DNA from: Chloroflexota bacterium
Lineage (GTDB): Bacteria > Chloroflexota > Dehalococcoidia > JACQUO01
DNA length: 64,000 nt
Assembly (NCBI GenBank): GCA_016210205.1
Contig: JACQUO010000007.1
Span: 8,834-72,833, forward strand
Reading direction: 5' to 3'
The position numbers and the translations under genes are program-made. The notes below the pieces were generated by a model. It was not told the origin of the DNA. It saw nothing but the letters and a program-made list of their open reading frames with translations, and did no database searches. Of this stretch, positions 51,619 through 60,280 are shown in pieces (positions within the stretch are counted from its first letter, which is position 1; the number at the start of each line of letters is the position of its first letter).

Positions 51619-52920
51619 TCAATCCCTTTCTTCTTTTTTCTCCACAGCAGCCTTGGCCCGGCCGGAGGACTGCTCGTCCAGGCGGAAGATCTCCCGCACC
51701 AGGGCCAGCTTGACGTTACCATCGGCATGGGCCTTGAGGTCAGAGATGGGTGCGTGAAGCAGCTTCTTGATGATGGCCCGGCTCATGGCCTCGATGACTG
51801 CGGCGTCGGTGCCGGAAAGATGTGCCAGCTTCCGCAGGGCCCGCTCCACCTCCTCCTGACGCACCGCCTCAGCCTGATGCCGCAGATCCCGGATGGTGGG
51901 CACCACCTCCAGGGACTGCCACCAGGTGGTGAATTTCTCCGTCTCTCCCTCTACGAGGGCCTTAACGCGGTCCACCTCATCTCGGCGGCCCTCCAGGTTA
52001 GCCTCTCCCACGGCCTTGAGGTCATCCAGGTCGAAGAGATGGACATCGGGGATGGCGCGGACCTGGGGGTTGACATCCCGGGGCAGGGCGATGTCGATGA
52101 GGAGCAGAGGGCGGCCTCGGCGCCGCTTCATGGCCATCTCCACGGGCTGGGTCTCCAGGATGTAGTGGGGGGCGCCCGTGGCGGAGATGACGATGTCGCA
52201 CTCGATGAGGGCCTGGCCCATCTCGGTGAAGGGGATGGCTCGGCCGCCAATTTCCTGGGCCAGCCGGGAGGCGGAATCGAAGGTGCGGTTGGTGACCAGG
52301 ACCTCCCCCACCCCCTGGCCTACCAGGGACTTGATAGCCAGCTTGCCCATGTCGCCGGTGGAGATGACCAGGACCTTGCAGGAGCCCAACTCGCCGAAGA
52401 ACTTACGGGCCAGCTCCACTGCAGCAAAGGAGATAGACACAGCGTTGCGGGCAATCCCCGTCTCCTCCCGAGCGCGGCGGCCCACCCGCAGCGCCTGGTG
52501 GAAGAGGTTGGTCAGGGGCGACTTGAGGGCGCCCGCGGCCTCCCCCTCCTGGAGGGCCACCCGCACCTGGCCCAATATCTGGGGCTCGCCCACGATGAGG
52601 GAGTCGATGCCCGCCGCCACCTCGAAGAGGTGGGTCACGGCCTCCTGGCCGCTGAAGCGGTAGAGGTAGGGGGAGAGCTCCTCTAAGGGCACGCCCCGGC
52701 TCTGGGAGAGAAACTCCTCCAGGCGCCGGAAGCCGGGGGCTGCCTGCTCATAGAGGGCATAGACCTCGGTGCGGTTGCAGGTGGAGAGGATGGCCCCCGC
52801 GGGCACGGCTTCCCCAAGGTCGGAAAGAGCCTGGGGAAGCTGGTCTCCCACATAGGCTATCTTTTCCCTCACCGCCACCGGAGCAGTCTTATGATTGACC
52901 CCTATGGCCACTATGAACAT
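51619..52920 (-). CDS. hemA: glutamyl-tRNA reductase
   Basis: 433 aa; STCNRTEVY catalytic Cys motif, NADPH-binding VISTGDMG. Confidence 0.9.
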   Translation of the reverse strand: MFIVAIGVNHKTAPVAVREKIAYVGDQLPQALSDLGEAVPAGAILSTCNRTEVYALYEQAAPGFRRLEEFLSQSRGVPLEELSPYLYRFSGQEAVTHLFEVAAGIDSLIVGEPQILGQVRVALQEGEAAGALKSPLTNLFHQALRVGRRAREETGIARNAVSISFAAVELARKFFGELGSCKVLVISTGDMGKLAIKSLVGQGVGEVLVTNRTFDSASRLAQEIGGRAIPFTEMGQALIECDIVISATGAPHYILETQPVEMAMKRRRGRPLLLIDIALPRDVNPQVRAIPDVHLFDLDDLKAVGEANLEGRRDEVDRVKALVEGETEKFTTWWQSLEVVPTIRDLRHQAEAVRQEEVERALRKLAHLSGTDAAVIEAMSRAIIKKLLHAPISDLKAHADGNVKLALVREIFRLDEQSSGRAKAAVEKKEERD

Positions 52921-53102
52921 CCCTAGCCCCCCGTTAGCCTCTTGAGCAAGAAATCCCCTCGGCTACCTTTTTGGTTTTGCCGCTCCGCAAAGATACCAGA
53001 CAACCAGAAACCTGTCTATAGTTAAAACTATGTAGTTTCGCTCGTCAAAAAGTGGCTTATTAATTCACCCCCACGGACCCACGCCCCGAGGAGGACTTGG
53101 CC

Positions 53103-54260
53103 TCAGCGCCGGGCCGGGGCCAGAGCCACGGGCTGATAGACGCAGTAGGGCTCGGCGGCCAGGTAGTCGCCCGTCACCGCATAGGCGCGGGCCCGGGAGC
53201 CACCACAGATGGTGTTGTACTCGCAGACGCCGCACTTGCCTTTGAGCTTGGCGGTGTCCCGCAGGTCGCGGAAGAGGGAGGAGTTGCGGTAAATCTCTGC
53301 CAGCGGCTGCTCCCGAACATTGCCCCCCACCAGGGGCAGGAACCCGCTGGGGCTGACCTCGCCGATGTGGGAGACGAAGAGGCAGCCGTTGCCGTCGTTG
53401 ACCCCTTTGGGCGCCCGTCCGATGCTGTCCCCCGACTGGAAGTCCGGGGCGGTGAACTCCAGCTTCACCAGGCCGGCGGGGCGGGGGCCGGAGGCGGCCT
53501 CGGCCCGCTTGCGCTGCACGATGACCCGACGGTAGTGCTCGGCGGCGGTGGTCTTGATGTCAAAGGGGACTCGCTTGGCGGTGTCGTAGAGCCAGTTGAA
53601 AATCTCCTCGTGCTCCTCGGGGGAGACCATGTCCTCCGCCTTGCCCCGACCCGTGGGCACCAGGAAGAAGACGCTCCAGGTGGCGGGCTTGAACTCGGCC
53701 ACCCTCTCCACCAGGCGGGGGAGGTCGGCCTTGTTGTAGCGGCTCACGGTGCTGTTTATCTGCACGGAGACGCCCGCCTCCGCGGCCGCGGCCAGGGCCG
53801 CCAGGGTGCGCTGGTAGGCGCCGGGGGTCTGGCGGAAGGCGTCGTGGACCGCGGCGGTGGAGCCGTCCAGGCTGATGGAGACCCGGGCGCAGCCGACCTC
53901 CTTGGCCCGTCTCAGGGAGTCCACGGTGAGCAGCGGGGTGGCGCTGGGGGCCAGGGAGACCCGCAGGCCCTGCTCCGTCCCGTAGCGGATGAACTCGTAG
54001 AGGTCGCGGCGCATCATGGGGTCGCCGCCGGTGATGACGAAGAGGGGATGGCCCAGGTCCGCTATCTGGTCGATGAGGTGGCGGCCCTCGGCGGTGGTGA
54101 GCTCTTGGGGGTGGCGGCGGAGCTGGGCCGTGGCCCGACAGTGCAGGCAGGACAGGGCGCAGGCCCGGGTAATCTCCCAGAAGGCGATGAAGGGATAGAG
54201 GCTGAAGTCAATATCCAGGAAGGGCGGGGCGCCCGGCCCCCCCCGGGGGGAAGCGCTCAC
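53103..54260 (-). CDS. radical SAM/SPASM protein, NirJ/AhbC/AhbD-like
   Basis: CALSCLHC (CxxxCxxC), ITGGDP, C-terminal Cys-rich SPASM region (CGVCEYNTICGGS); next to hemA and a second NirJ-like gene. Confidence 0.65.
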   Translation of the reverse strand: MSASPRGGPGAPPFLDIDFSLYPFIAFWEITRACALSCLHCRATAQLRRHPQELTTAEGRHLIDQIADLGHPLFVITGGDPMMRRDLYEFIRYGTEQGLRVSLAPSATPLLTVDSLRRAKEVGCARVSISLDGSTAAVHDAFRQTPGAYQRTLAALAAAAEAGVSVQINSTVSRYNKADLPRLVERVAEFKPATWSVFFLVPTGRGKAEDMVSPEEHEEIFNWLYDTAKRVPFDIKTTAAEHYRRVIVQRKRAEAASGPRPAGLVKLEFTAPDFQSGDSIGRAPKGVNDGNGCLFVSHIGEVSPSGFLPLVGGNVREQPLAEIYRNSSLFRDLRDTAKLKGKCGVCEYNTICGGSRARAYAVTGDYLAAEPYCVYQPVALAPARR

Positions 54261-55441
54261 TTTAGGCCTATCTCCTCGTCGGTGAGATAGCAGGCGGGGT
54301 CAGGGGCCCAGACATCCCCCGTCACGGCCTCGGCCCGCACCCGGAGGTTGCCGCCGCAAATCTCCAGGAAGGCGCAGGCGGCGCAGCGCCCTTTCACCAT
54401 GAGCTTCTTCTTCTTGAGGCCCCGCATCAGGGGGTCGCTGGTGTCCTCCCAGATGTCGGAGAACTTGCGCTCCCGGATATTGCCGAAGGAGTAGTGCTGC
54501 CAGAACTGGTCGGCGTGGACATTGCCCAGGTTGTCCACATCGCCGATGCCCACCCCGGAGGAGTTGCCCCCGTTCCACTTGAGGAGGCGGTGGACGGCGG
54601 CGACCCGGGCCGGCTGCTCCCGCTGGACCCGCAGGAGCAGGTATGGGGCGTCGCTGTGGTTGTCCACGGTGAGGACCTCGGAGTCGCGATGGCGCTGGTG
54701 CAGCTCCAGGGACTTGTCAAAGATGAGGTCCACGGCCTTCCGGGTCTCATCGTGGCTCAGGTCCTCTTTCACCAGCTTGCTGCCCCGCCCGGCATAGGCC
54801 AGGTGGTAGAAGCAAAGGCGGGGTATCCCCTCCTCCTCCATGAGGCGGAAGATGTCCGGTATGTCCTTGACATTATGGCGGGTGATGGTGAAGCGCAGAC
54901 CCGCCTTGACCCCGGCCTCCCTGGTGTGGCGGAGGCCCTCCAGGGTCATCTGGAAGGCCCCACGGCTGCCGCGGAAGGTGTCATTGACCCGCTCCAGCCC
55001 GTCCAGGGAGATGCCGACATAGGAGATGCCCGCCTCTCGGGCCTTCCGGGCCAGGGCGGGGGTGATGAGGGTCCCGTTGGTGGAGATGACCGTCCTCAGG
55101 CCCCGCTTCACCGCGTAGTCGGCTAGCTCGAAGAGGTCGGGGCGGATGAAAGGCTCGCCGCCGGAGAAGAGGAGCACCGGGACCTTGTATTCCGCCAGGG
55201 AGTCGATGAAGGCTTTGCCCTCGGCGGTGCTGCACTCTCCGGGGTACTCCTGGTCTTGGGACTCGGAGTAGCAGTGGCGGCAGTGGAGGTTGCAGCGCCG
55301 GGTGAAGTTCCACACCACGACCGGCCTTTTATCGTGGGAGAACTGAAGGAGCTCGTGGGGGAGCCGGGAGGAGTCCCGCCCGTAGCGGAGGGCGTCCCCG
55401 GGGCTGGTGGCGCCGCAGAGCAGCTTTGTGATTCCAATCAT
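54257..55441 (-). CDS. radical SAM/SPASM protein, NirJ/AhbC/AhbD-like (alternative heme pathway candidate)
   Basis: CNLHCRHC, FSGGEP, C-terminal CAACAFLEICGGN SPASM-type cysteines. Confidence 0.65.
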   Translation of the reverse strand: MIGITKLLCGATSPGDALRYGRDSSRLPHELLQFSHDKRPVVVWNFTRRCNLHCRHCYSESQDQEYPGECSTAEGKAFIDSLAEYKVPVLLFSGGEPFIRPDLFELADYAVKRGLRTVISTNGTLITPALARKAREAGISYVGISLDGLERVNDTFRGSRGAFQMTLEGLRHTREAGVKAGLRFTITRHNVKDIPDIFRLMEEEGIPRLCFYHLAYAGRGSKLVKEDLSHDETRKAVDLIFDKSLELHQRHRDSEVLTVDNHSDAPYLLLRVQREQPARVAAVHRLLKWNGGNSSGVGIGDVDNLGNVHADQFWQHYSFGNIRERKFSDIWEDTSDPLMRGLKKKKLMVKGRCAACAFLEICGGNLRVRAEAVTGDVWAPDPACYLTDEEIGLK

Positions 55442-55447
55442 AATGCC

Positions 55448-55477
55448 ATTTTATCCCCTGGGCCGAGCCAGTGTCAA
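55448..55477 (-). promoter_or_regulatory. promoter (TTGACA-18 nt-TAAAAT) placed for a leaderless transcript of the radical SAM gene
   Basis: The -10 hexamer ends 6 nt before the ATG at 55441; no Shine-Dalgarno between them. Confidence 0.45.
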
Positions 55478-55657
55478 ACCTGGCCTCTAAGAGACTGGCG
55501 CGCAGGGGAGAGCCACCGGGGGGATTTTTTTGATTGTTTGTAAAAACAAAAATTATTCAGGCGGCTGGCGCTGGGGGGCGGCTGGCCAGGATACAATAAC
55601 AGGGATGGCACGGCGTTGTCACCGGGGGTTGTCTGAGGGAGTTTAGGACGCTTCTGG

Positions 55658-55790
55658 GCCCCCTGCATCCCCCAGTCTTCTGGGCACCTCACCCCCAGAC
55701 CCCAGGCAGGGGCCGATGTCCCCTGCACTCCTACAAAAGAGCCGGCTCCAAACCCGCCGGCGGCGGGCTTCGCCCCGCTCGGCGCACCCC
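55658..55790. repeat. degenerate copy of the GC-rich modular repeat
   Basis: cacctcacccccagaccccaggcagggg...cccctgcac; aaacccgccggcggcgggcttcgcccc. Confidence 0.6.
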
Positions 55791-55813
55791 AAGGCTGAAT
55801 GGACTCGGTCTCG

Positions 55814-55954
55814 CTAGCCCTGGCCGGATTTGTCCCGCAGGCGCTCCAGCTCCCGCTCCAGGCCCCGCTGCCTCCAGAAGATGCTGAGGACATAGCCGAA
55901 GAGCACAATCCAGATGAGGCTATAGGCGGCGAAAAGGTAGACAAAGTTTTCCAT
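55814..55954 (-). CDS. ccmD: heme exporter protein CcmD
   Basis: Below track cutoff; my translation MENFVYLFAAYSLIWIVLFGYVLSIFWRQRGLERELERLRDKSGQG (46 aa, single TM), 1 nt after the ccmC stop. Confidence 0.7.
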   Translation of the reverse strand: MENFVYLFAAYSLIWIVLFGYVLSIFWRQRGLERELERLRDKSGQG

Positions 55955-55955
55955 A

Positions 55956-56657
55956 TCAGTCTCCTTGCATCCTCTGGTATTTTAGCTCCTCCAGCCGGTC
56001 CTGGGCCAGCCGCAGCCGCACCCGCCCCATCATGAGGAGGACATAGAAGAGGGTGAAGGTGGCCAGGCTGAAGAAGAGGACGAAGAGCATGGAGGGATCC
56101 ACCCCGCCCTGGGGGATGATGGGGCCGGGGTGCAGGGTGCGCCACCAGACGATGGCCAGGGCCACTAGGGGGACATCAATGAAACCCACGATGCCCAGGA
56201 CCGCGGCGAAGCGCGCCCCCTGGGATGACTCCGTGGCGTAGGAGCGCACCAGGAGGTAGGCAAGGTAAATCAGCCACATGATGGTGGTGGTGGTGAGACG
56301 CGGGTCCCAGGTCCACCACACCCCCCAGATGGGGCGCGCCCAGATGGAGCCCGTGACCAGCACCAGGGTGGTGAAGACCACCCCTATCTCTGCCGAGGCA
56401 TGGGCCAGGGCGTCCCACCACCGGCTCCGCCGCCAGAGGTATATGAGGCTCCCCACGAAGACCACGAAGAAGGCCAAAAACGATACCCAGGCCAGGGGCA
56501 CGTGGAAGTAGAAAATCCGCTGCACATTGCCCTGCTCCGCTTCCGTGGGAGCCCACAGGAGGGCCAGATACAGGGCCGCCACCATCATGGCCAGGTTCAG
56601 CCCCGTCAGGAGGCTGGCGCCCCCGAAACGGTCGCGCACCGTCAGGCCTTTTTCCAT
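55956..56657 (-). CDS. ccmC: heme exporter protein CcmC
   Basis: 233 aa; WGVWWTWDPRLT tryptophan-rich WWD motif. Confidence 0.9.
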   Translation of the reverse strand: MEKGLTVRDRFGGASLLTGLNLAMMVAALYLALLWAPTEAEQGNVQRIFYFHVPLAWVSFLAFFVVFVGSLIYLWRRSRWWDALAHASAEIGVVFTTLVLVTGSIWARPIWGVWWTWDPRLTTTTIMWLIYLAYLLVRSYATESSQGARFAAVLGIVGFIDVPLVALAIVWWRTLHPGPIIPQGGVDPSMLFVLFFSLATFTLFYVLLMMGRVRLRLAQDRLEELKYQRMQGD

Positions 56658-56663
56658 AGACCC

Positions 56664-57338
56664 TTACTCCTCCAGCACATACTCAAAGACCAAAAAGGAC
56701 ACCGCCAGGAATATTACCACAAAGACCACGATGAGCTGAAGCCAGGACCAGTAGCCCTCGCCCGGCCCGGGGGCCAGGGCCAGCCCCGAAGCCTGCACGG
56801 CGGCGATAATCACGGGCACCACCACCGGGATGAAGAGGATGGGCAGCATGAAGTCCCGAGCCCGGGTGTTGACGGCGATGGCGGCGAAAAGAGTCCCCGC
56901 CGTGGAGAAGGCCAGGGTGGCCAGGACGGTGATGAGGACCAGGCGCGGGGCGAAGAGGGGCAGGTTGAAGAGGATAGAGAAGACGGGGAGGACGATGACC
57001 TCTACCAGGAGCATGAAGATGAAGTTCCCCAGCATCTTGCCGGTGTAAATCACCCCCCGATCCAGGGGACAGAGCATCAACCCCTCCAGGCAGCCGCGGT
57101 CCTTCTCCTGGACGAAGGAGCGGTTCATCCCCAGCACCCCGGCGAAGGTAAAGGTGACCCAGAGCACCCCGGGGGCCACCTGGGCCGTCTGCTCCGCCGA
57201 GGACTCGAAGGCGAAGTTGAAGACGATTATCACCAAGATGGAGAAGACCAGCATGGAAAGCACCATGTCCTTGGTGCGCGCCTCCGCCAGGATGTCCTTC
57301 CAGGCGATGGCCAGGGCCTTGCCCCAGAACCCCCTCAT
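56664..57338 (-). CDS. ccmB: heme exporter protein CcmB
   Basis: 224 aa, 6 TM, between ccmA and ccmC. Confidence 0.8.
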   Translation of the reverse strand: MRGFWGKALAIAWKDILAEARTKDMVLSMLVFSILVIIVFNFAFESSAEQTAQVAPGVLWVTFTFAGVLGMNRSFVQEKDRGCLEGLMLCPLDRGVIYTGKMLGNFIFMLLVEVIVLPVFSILFNLPLFAPRLVLITVLATLAFSTAGTLFAAIAVNTRARDFMLPILFIPVVVPVIIAAVQASGLALAPGPGEGYWSWLQLIVVFVVIFLAVSFLVFEYVLEE

Positions 57339-58060
57339 TCCCCCGCCGCCGCCAGATGCCGGTAGGTGCTGCGGAGGGCCTCCAAGTTCAGGGCCTCCTT
57401 GGTGGATTCATAGGCCAGGCGCCCCCGGACCAGGATGGCCAGGCGGTCCCCCAGCTCCAGGCCGCGCTCCAGGCTGTGGGTGGCCATGACCACGGTGCGC
57501 TCCTGGCCGTCCACCCGCCGCAGGAGGTCCCCCAGCATCCCCTGGGCCTGGGGGTCCAGGCCCGTCTCCGGCTCGTCCAGGAGGAGGATGGGAGGGTCGT
57601 GAAGCAGGGCCCGGGCCAGGGCCACGCGCTGCTGCAGCCCCCGGGAGAGGGTGCCCACCACCTGGTCGAGGCGGCCCTCCAACCCCACCAGGTCGGCCAA
57701 ATAGGCGATGCGCTCCCGCCGCCGGGGGACATCGTACATGCGAGCATAGAACTCCAGGTTCTCCTGGGCCGTGAGGTCGGGGTAGAGGAGGGTCTGATGG
57801 GTCACCACCCCCAGGAGGCGGCGCACCTCGCCGCCGTGCCGGGCTGCATCCAGCCCCTCCAGCATCACTTTACCCGCGGTGGGGCGCATGATGGTGGCCA
57901 GGCTGCGGATGAGGGTGCTCTTCCCCGCCCCATTGGGCCCGAAGACGGAGAGGAAGGCGCCGCGGGGGACCCGCAGGTCCACCCCCAGGAGGGCGGGCCG
58001 AGGGCCGAAGAGTTTAGTGAGGCCCTGGGCCTCGATGGCCCAAGGGTTGCCAGAGGTCAT
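57335..58060 (-). CDS. ccmA: heme ABC exporter ATP-binding protein CcmA
   Basis: GPNGAGKST Walker A, LSRGLQQR signature, LLLDEP Walker B. Confidence 0.85.
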   Translation of the reverse strand: MTSGNPWAIEAQGLTKLFGPRPALLGVDLRVPRGAFLSVFGPNGAGKSTLIRSLATIMRPTAGKVMLEGLDAARHGGEVRRLLGVVTHQTLLYPDLTAQENLEFYARMYDVPRRRERIAYLADLVGLEGRLDQVVGTLSRGLQQRVALARALLHDPPILLLDEPETGLDPQAQGMLGDLLRRVDGQERTVVMATHSLERGLELGDRLAILVRGRLAYESTKEALNLEALRSTYRHLAAAGE

Positions 58061-58066
58061 GAAGGG

Positions 58067-59209
58067 TCACGGGGCCGGGCGGCCCCGGCCTTGTAACCCT
58101 GCCTTGGCCTGGGCTCGCCGACGGCGGTATTCCTTCTCGGGGATGGCGCCAGCCTCATAACGGTCATCCAGCCGAGCTATCTCCAGGAGGAGACGCCGGC
58201 GTTCATCGCCCGCCAGGGCCGGCGCCGGAGCCAAGCGCCGCCGTCTCAGGAGAGGGTAGGTGAGGGCCAAGGCCCCGGCCACCACTGCCAGCCCCGCTCC
58301 AGCCCAAAGGAGGGTGCCCTGGAGCCCCGCCTGAGGCAACCCTCCAAGGCGGACCGTAAAGGTCTCACCTGGCTTCAAGTTCTGGCCCGAGAGCCGGAGA
58401 TACTGGACGTTCCCGAAGGTGACAGGCGGCTCTTCCTTGAGCCCGGGGCTGGAAATTCGGTAACCGGTCCCCTCCACCAGGAAGGAATAATCGGCCACCG
58501 GGTACTCCACGGTCTTGGTGAGAGACACGCTATCTCCGGAGTAGGCCAGCATATAACTGTAGCCCAAATCCTTGACCTCGGGGGTAACGGCCATAGTATC
58601 GAGGAAGCCGTCAGGGCTGGGTTTCACGCAGCAGTCCATAAAGCCCATGGTATAGGTCAACTGGAAGGCCCCCGCGGGCATGGGGAAGCGCAGGGTCTCC
58701 ATGCGGCCATCGCTGTCCACCACCTTGGAGCCCACATAGGCCCGGTCAGAGTTGTTGCGGAATTGAAAGTATTCCTCCACCAGGACGGTCCCCGCGGCGA
58801 CCTGGACCAGGGTCATATGCTCCGGGACCACCACGCCAGCGCCGCTGGGGGTAGTCTCGTAGACGGCCATCTCCAGACTTTGCTCTGCCTCACCCTCCGC
58901 GAAGACCACGATATCGCTGCTATAGTCCACGGTCTGATAGTTGAGGGTCACCTGATAGTGCTCCCCCGCGGCTCCCGTAAGGCCCTGGAATTGGAACTTC
59001 CCCGCCGCATCGGTGGTGGTGTCCACCTGGCCTGCCGCGGCGCTACCCCGAGTGGTCTTCAGGGTAACCTTCTGGCCCGCCACCGGGCCGGCCCCTGCGG
59101 TCAGGTTCACCACCTGGCCCCGGATGGCCTTCCCCGGCGGGTCTGCCGCCAGGGCCCTAGGGGCCAAGAGCAGCGCCATGGTGAGGGCCAGGATAATGGA
59201 GCGCCTCAT
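58067..59209 (-). CDS. secreted protein with carboxypeptidase-regulatory-like domain, C-terminal TM and SHOCT/CcmI-like helix
   Basis: 380 aa; signal peptide ...PRALAAD; GQVVNL...TTTDAAGKFQFQGL; C-terminal TM then RRLLLEIARLDDRYEAGAIPEKEYRRRR. Confidence 0.5.
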   Translation of the reverse strand: MRRSIILALTMALLLAPRALAADPPGKAIRGQVVNLTAGAGPVAGQKVTLKTTRGSAAAGQVDTTTDAAGKFQFQGLTGAAGEHYQVTLNYQTVDYSSDIVVFAEGEAEQSLEMAVYETTPSGAGVVVPEHMTLVQVAAGTVLVEEYFQFRNNSDRAYVGSKVVDSDGRMETLRFPMPAGAFQLTYTMGFMDCCVKPSPDGFLDTMAVTPEVKDLGYSYMLAYSGDSVSLTKTVEYPVADYSFLVEGTGYRISSPGLKEEPPVTFGNVQYLRLSGQNLKPGETFTVRLGGLPQAGLQGTLLWAGAGLAVVAGALALTYPLLRRRRLAPAPALAGDERRRLLLEIARLDDRYEAGAIPEKEYRRRRAQAKAGLQGRGRPAP

Positions 59210-59778
59210 CCTTTGGGTTCTCCTCGGGTCAGGCTAGTGCCACAGCGGGCACAGAACTTATCCCCGGGGCGCTGGGCCTGGCCGCACTGGGGACAAAAGC
59301 CCGCGGCGGAGGGTTTTCCCTGGCGGAGCGCCCTGACCTCCCGCTCCACCGCATCGCCGCGATTAGGTCTCGGAGCCCGGCCTGGGCCCGCGCCCTGGCG
59401 GGCCGCCGCCCCGGAGCTCCGCAGACGGCGAACCTGGCGCTCAATATCGTCCTCAGGGGGCGGAGCCGCCCGCCCCCGGCGGTCCAGCTGTCCCAGGCGG
59501 TCTATGTCCTTGAGCACTGTGACCGCCTTGTCCTTATACTTCTCGTCCAGGGCCTGGTATTCTGCGGGGGAGAGGCTACCCACCTGATAATCGAACTCCA
59601 GCTCTTTGATGGCAGAATAGGTCACATCCCGGCGGGACTGCAGGGCCTCCCGCTCCTCGTCGGGGGCCTCCTCCAGAAGGGCAGCCTGCTGGCGCAGCAG
59701 GGGATAGGCCAGGGCAGCCAGGGCCGCCGCTGCCATGAGGAAGATAACCAGAGTCACCACCGTCTCATCCCTCCCCAC
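59206..59778 (-). CDS. CcmI-N-like membrane protein with C-terminal zinc ribbon
   Basis: 190 aa; TM ...AYPLLRQ, IKELEFDYQVGSLSPAEYQALDEKY, C-terminal CPQCG...CARCG. Confidence 0.5.
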   Translation of the reverse strand: MGRDETVVTLVIFLMAAAALAALAYPLLRQQAALLEEAPDEEREALQSRRDVTYSAIKELEFDYQVGSLSPAEYQALDEKYKDKAVTVLKDIDRLGQLDRRGRAAPPPEDDIERQVRRLRSSGAAARQGAGPGRAPRPNRGDAVEREVRALRQGKPSAAGFCPQCGQAQRPGDKFCARCGTSLTRGEPKG

Positions 59779-60280
59779 CCAACCGCTTCAGGTCCTCTTC
59801 CACCCGACGCCGATACTCGGAGTCATCCTTCCGCCCCTGGGGGCCAAAGGGAATGGAAACGGGGACGGCCGCGCCCACCCAGGTCCGGAGAGCTAAGTAT
59901 ATCACTCCGGCCCCCGCCAGGAGCGCCAGGAAGGGCAAGAGCCAGGCGGTGAGGTTGAAGCCCTGCTTGGTGGGAGCAGCCAGCACCGTCTCCCCATACT
60001 CGGTCACAAAGGAGGCTACGATGACCTGGGGGGGTATCCCCTGCTTCAATTGAGTTTCAATGGAGTTGTACATGGCCTCCTTCCCCGGACAGCCGATATG
60101 GTTGCAGTTGTAAAGCACCAGGTTGCAGCCGCACTGGCAGACCACGGTCCGAGCCACATCGTCGGCGGCGGGGCTGTAGGCCCGGCTCCGGCCCGAAGAG
60201 ACAAAAACGGCGAGGCCCAGCAACAGGGCCGCCAAGGCCAACATCAGGACGGCCCGCAGCGGGGGCTTGGCCCTTATCAT
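59765..60280 (-). CDS. ccmH: cytochrome c biogenesis protein CcmH/NrfF-like with atypical Cys-rich motif
   Basis: Start at MIRAKPPL (ATGA overlap with the ccmF stop); VVCQCGCNLVLYNCNHIGC, EYGETVLAAP, C-terminal TM. Confidence 0.65.
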   Translation of the reverse strand: MIRAKPPLRAVLMLALAALLLGLAVFVSSGRSRAYSPAADDVARTVVCQCGCNLVLYNCNHIGCPGKEAMYNSIETQLKQGIPPQVIVASFVTEYGETVLAAPTKQGFNLTAWLLPFLALLAGAGVIYLALRTWVGAAVPVSIPFGPQGRKDDSEYRRRVEEDLKRLGGEG

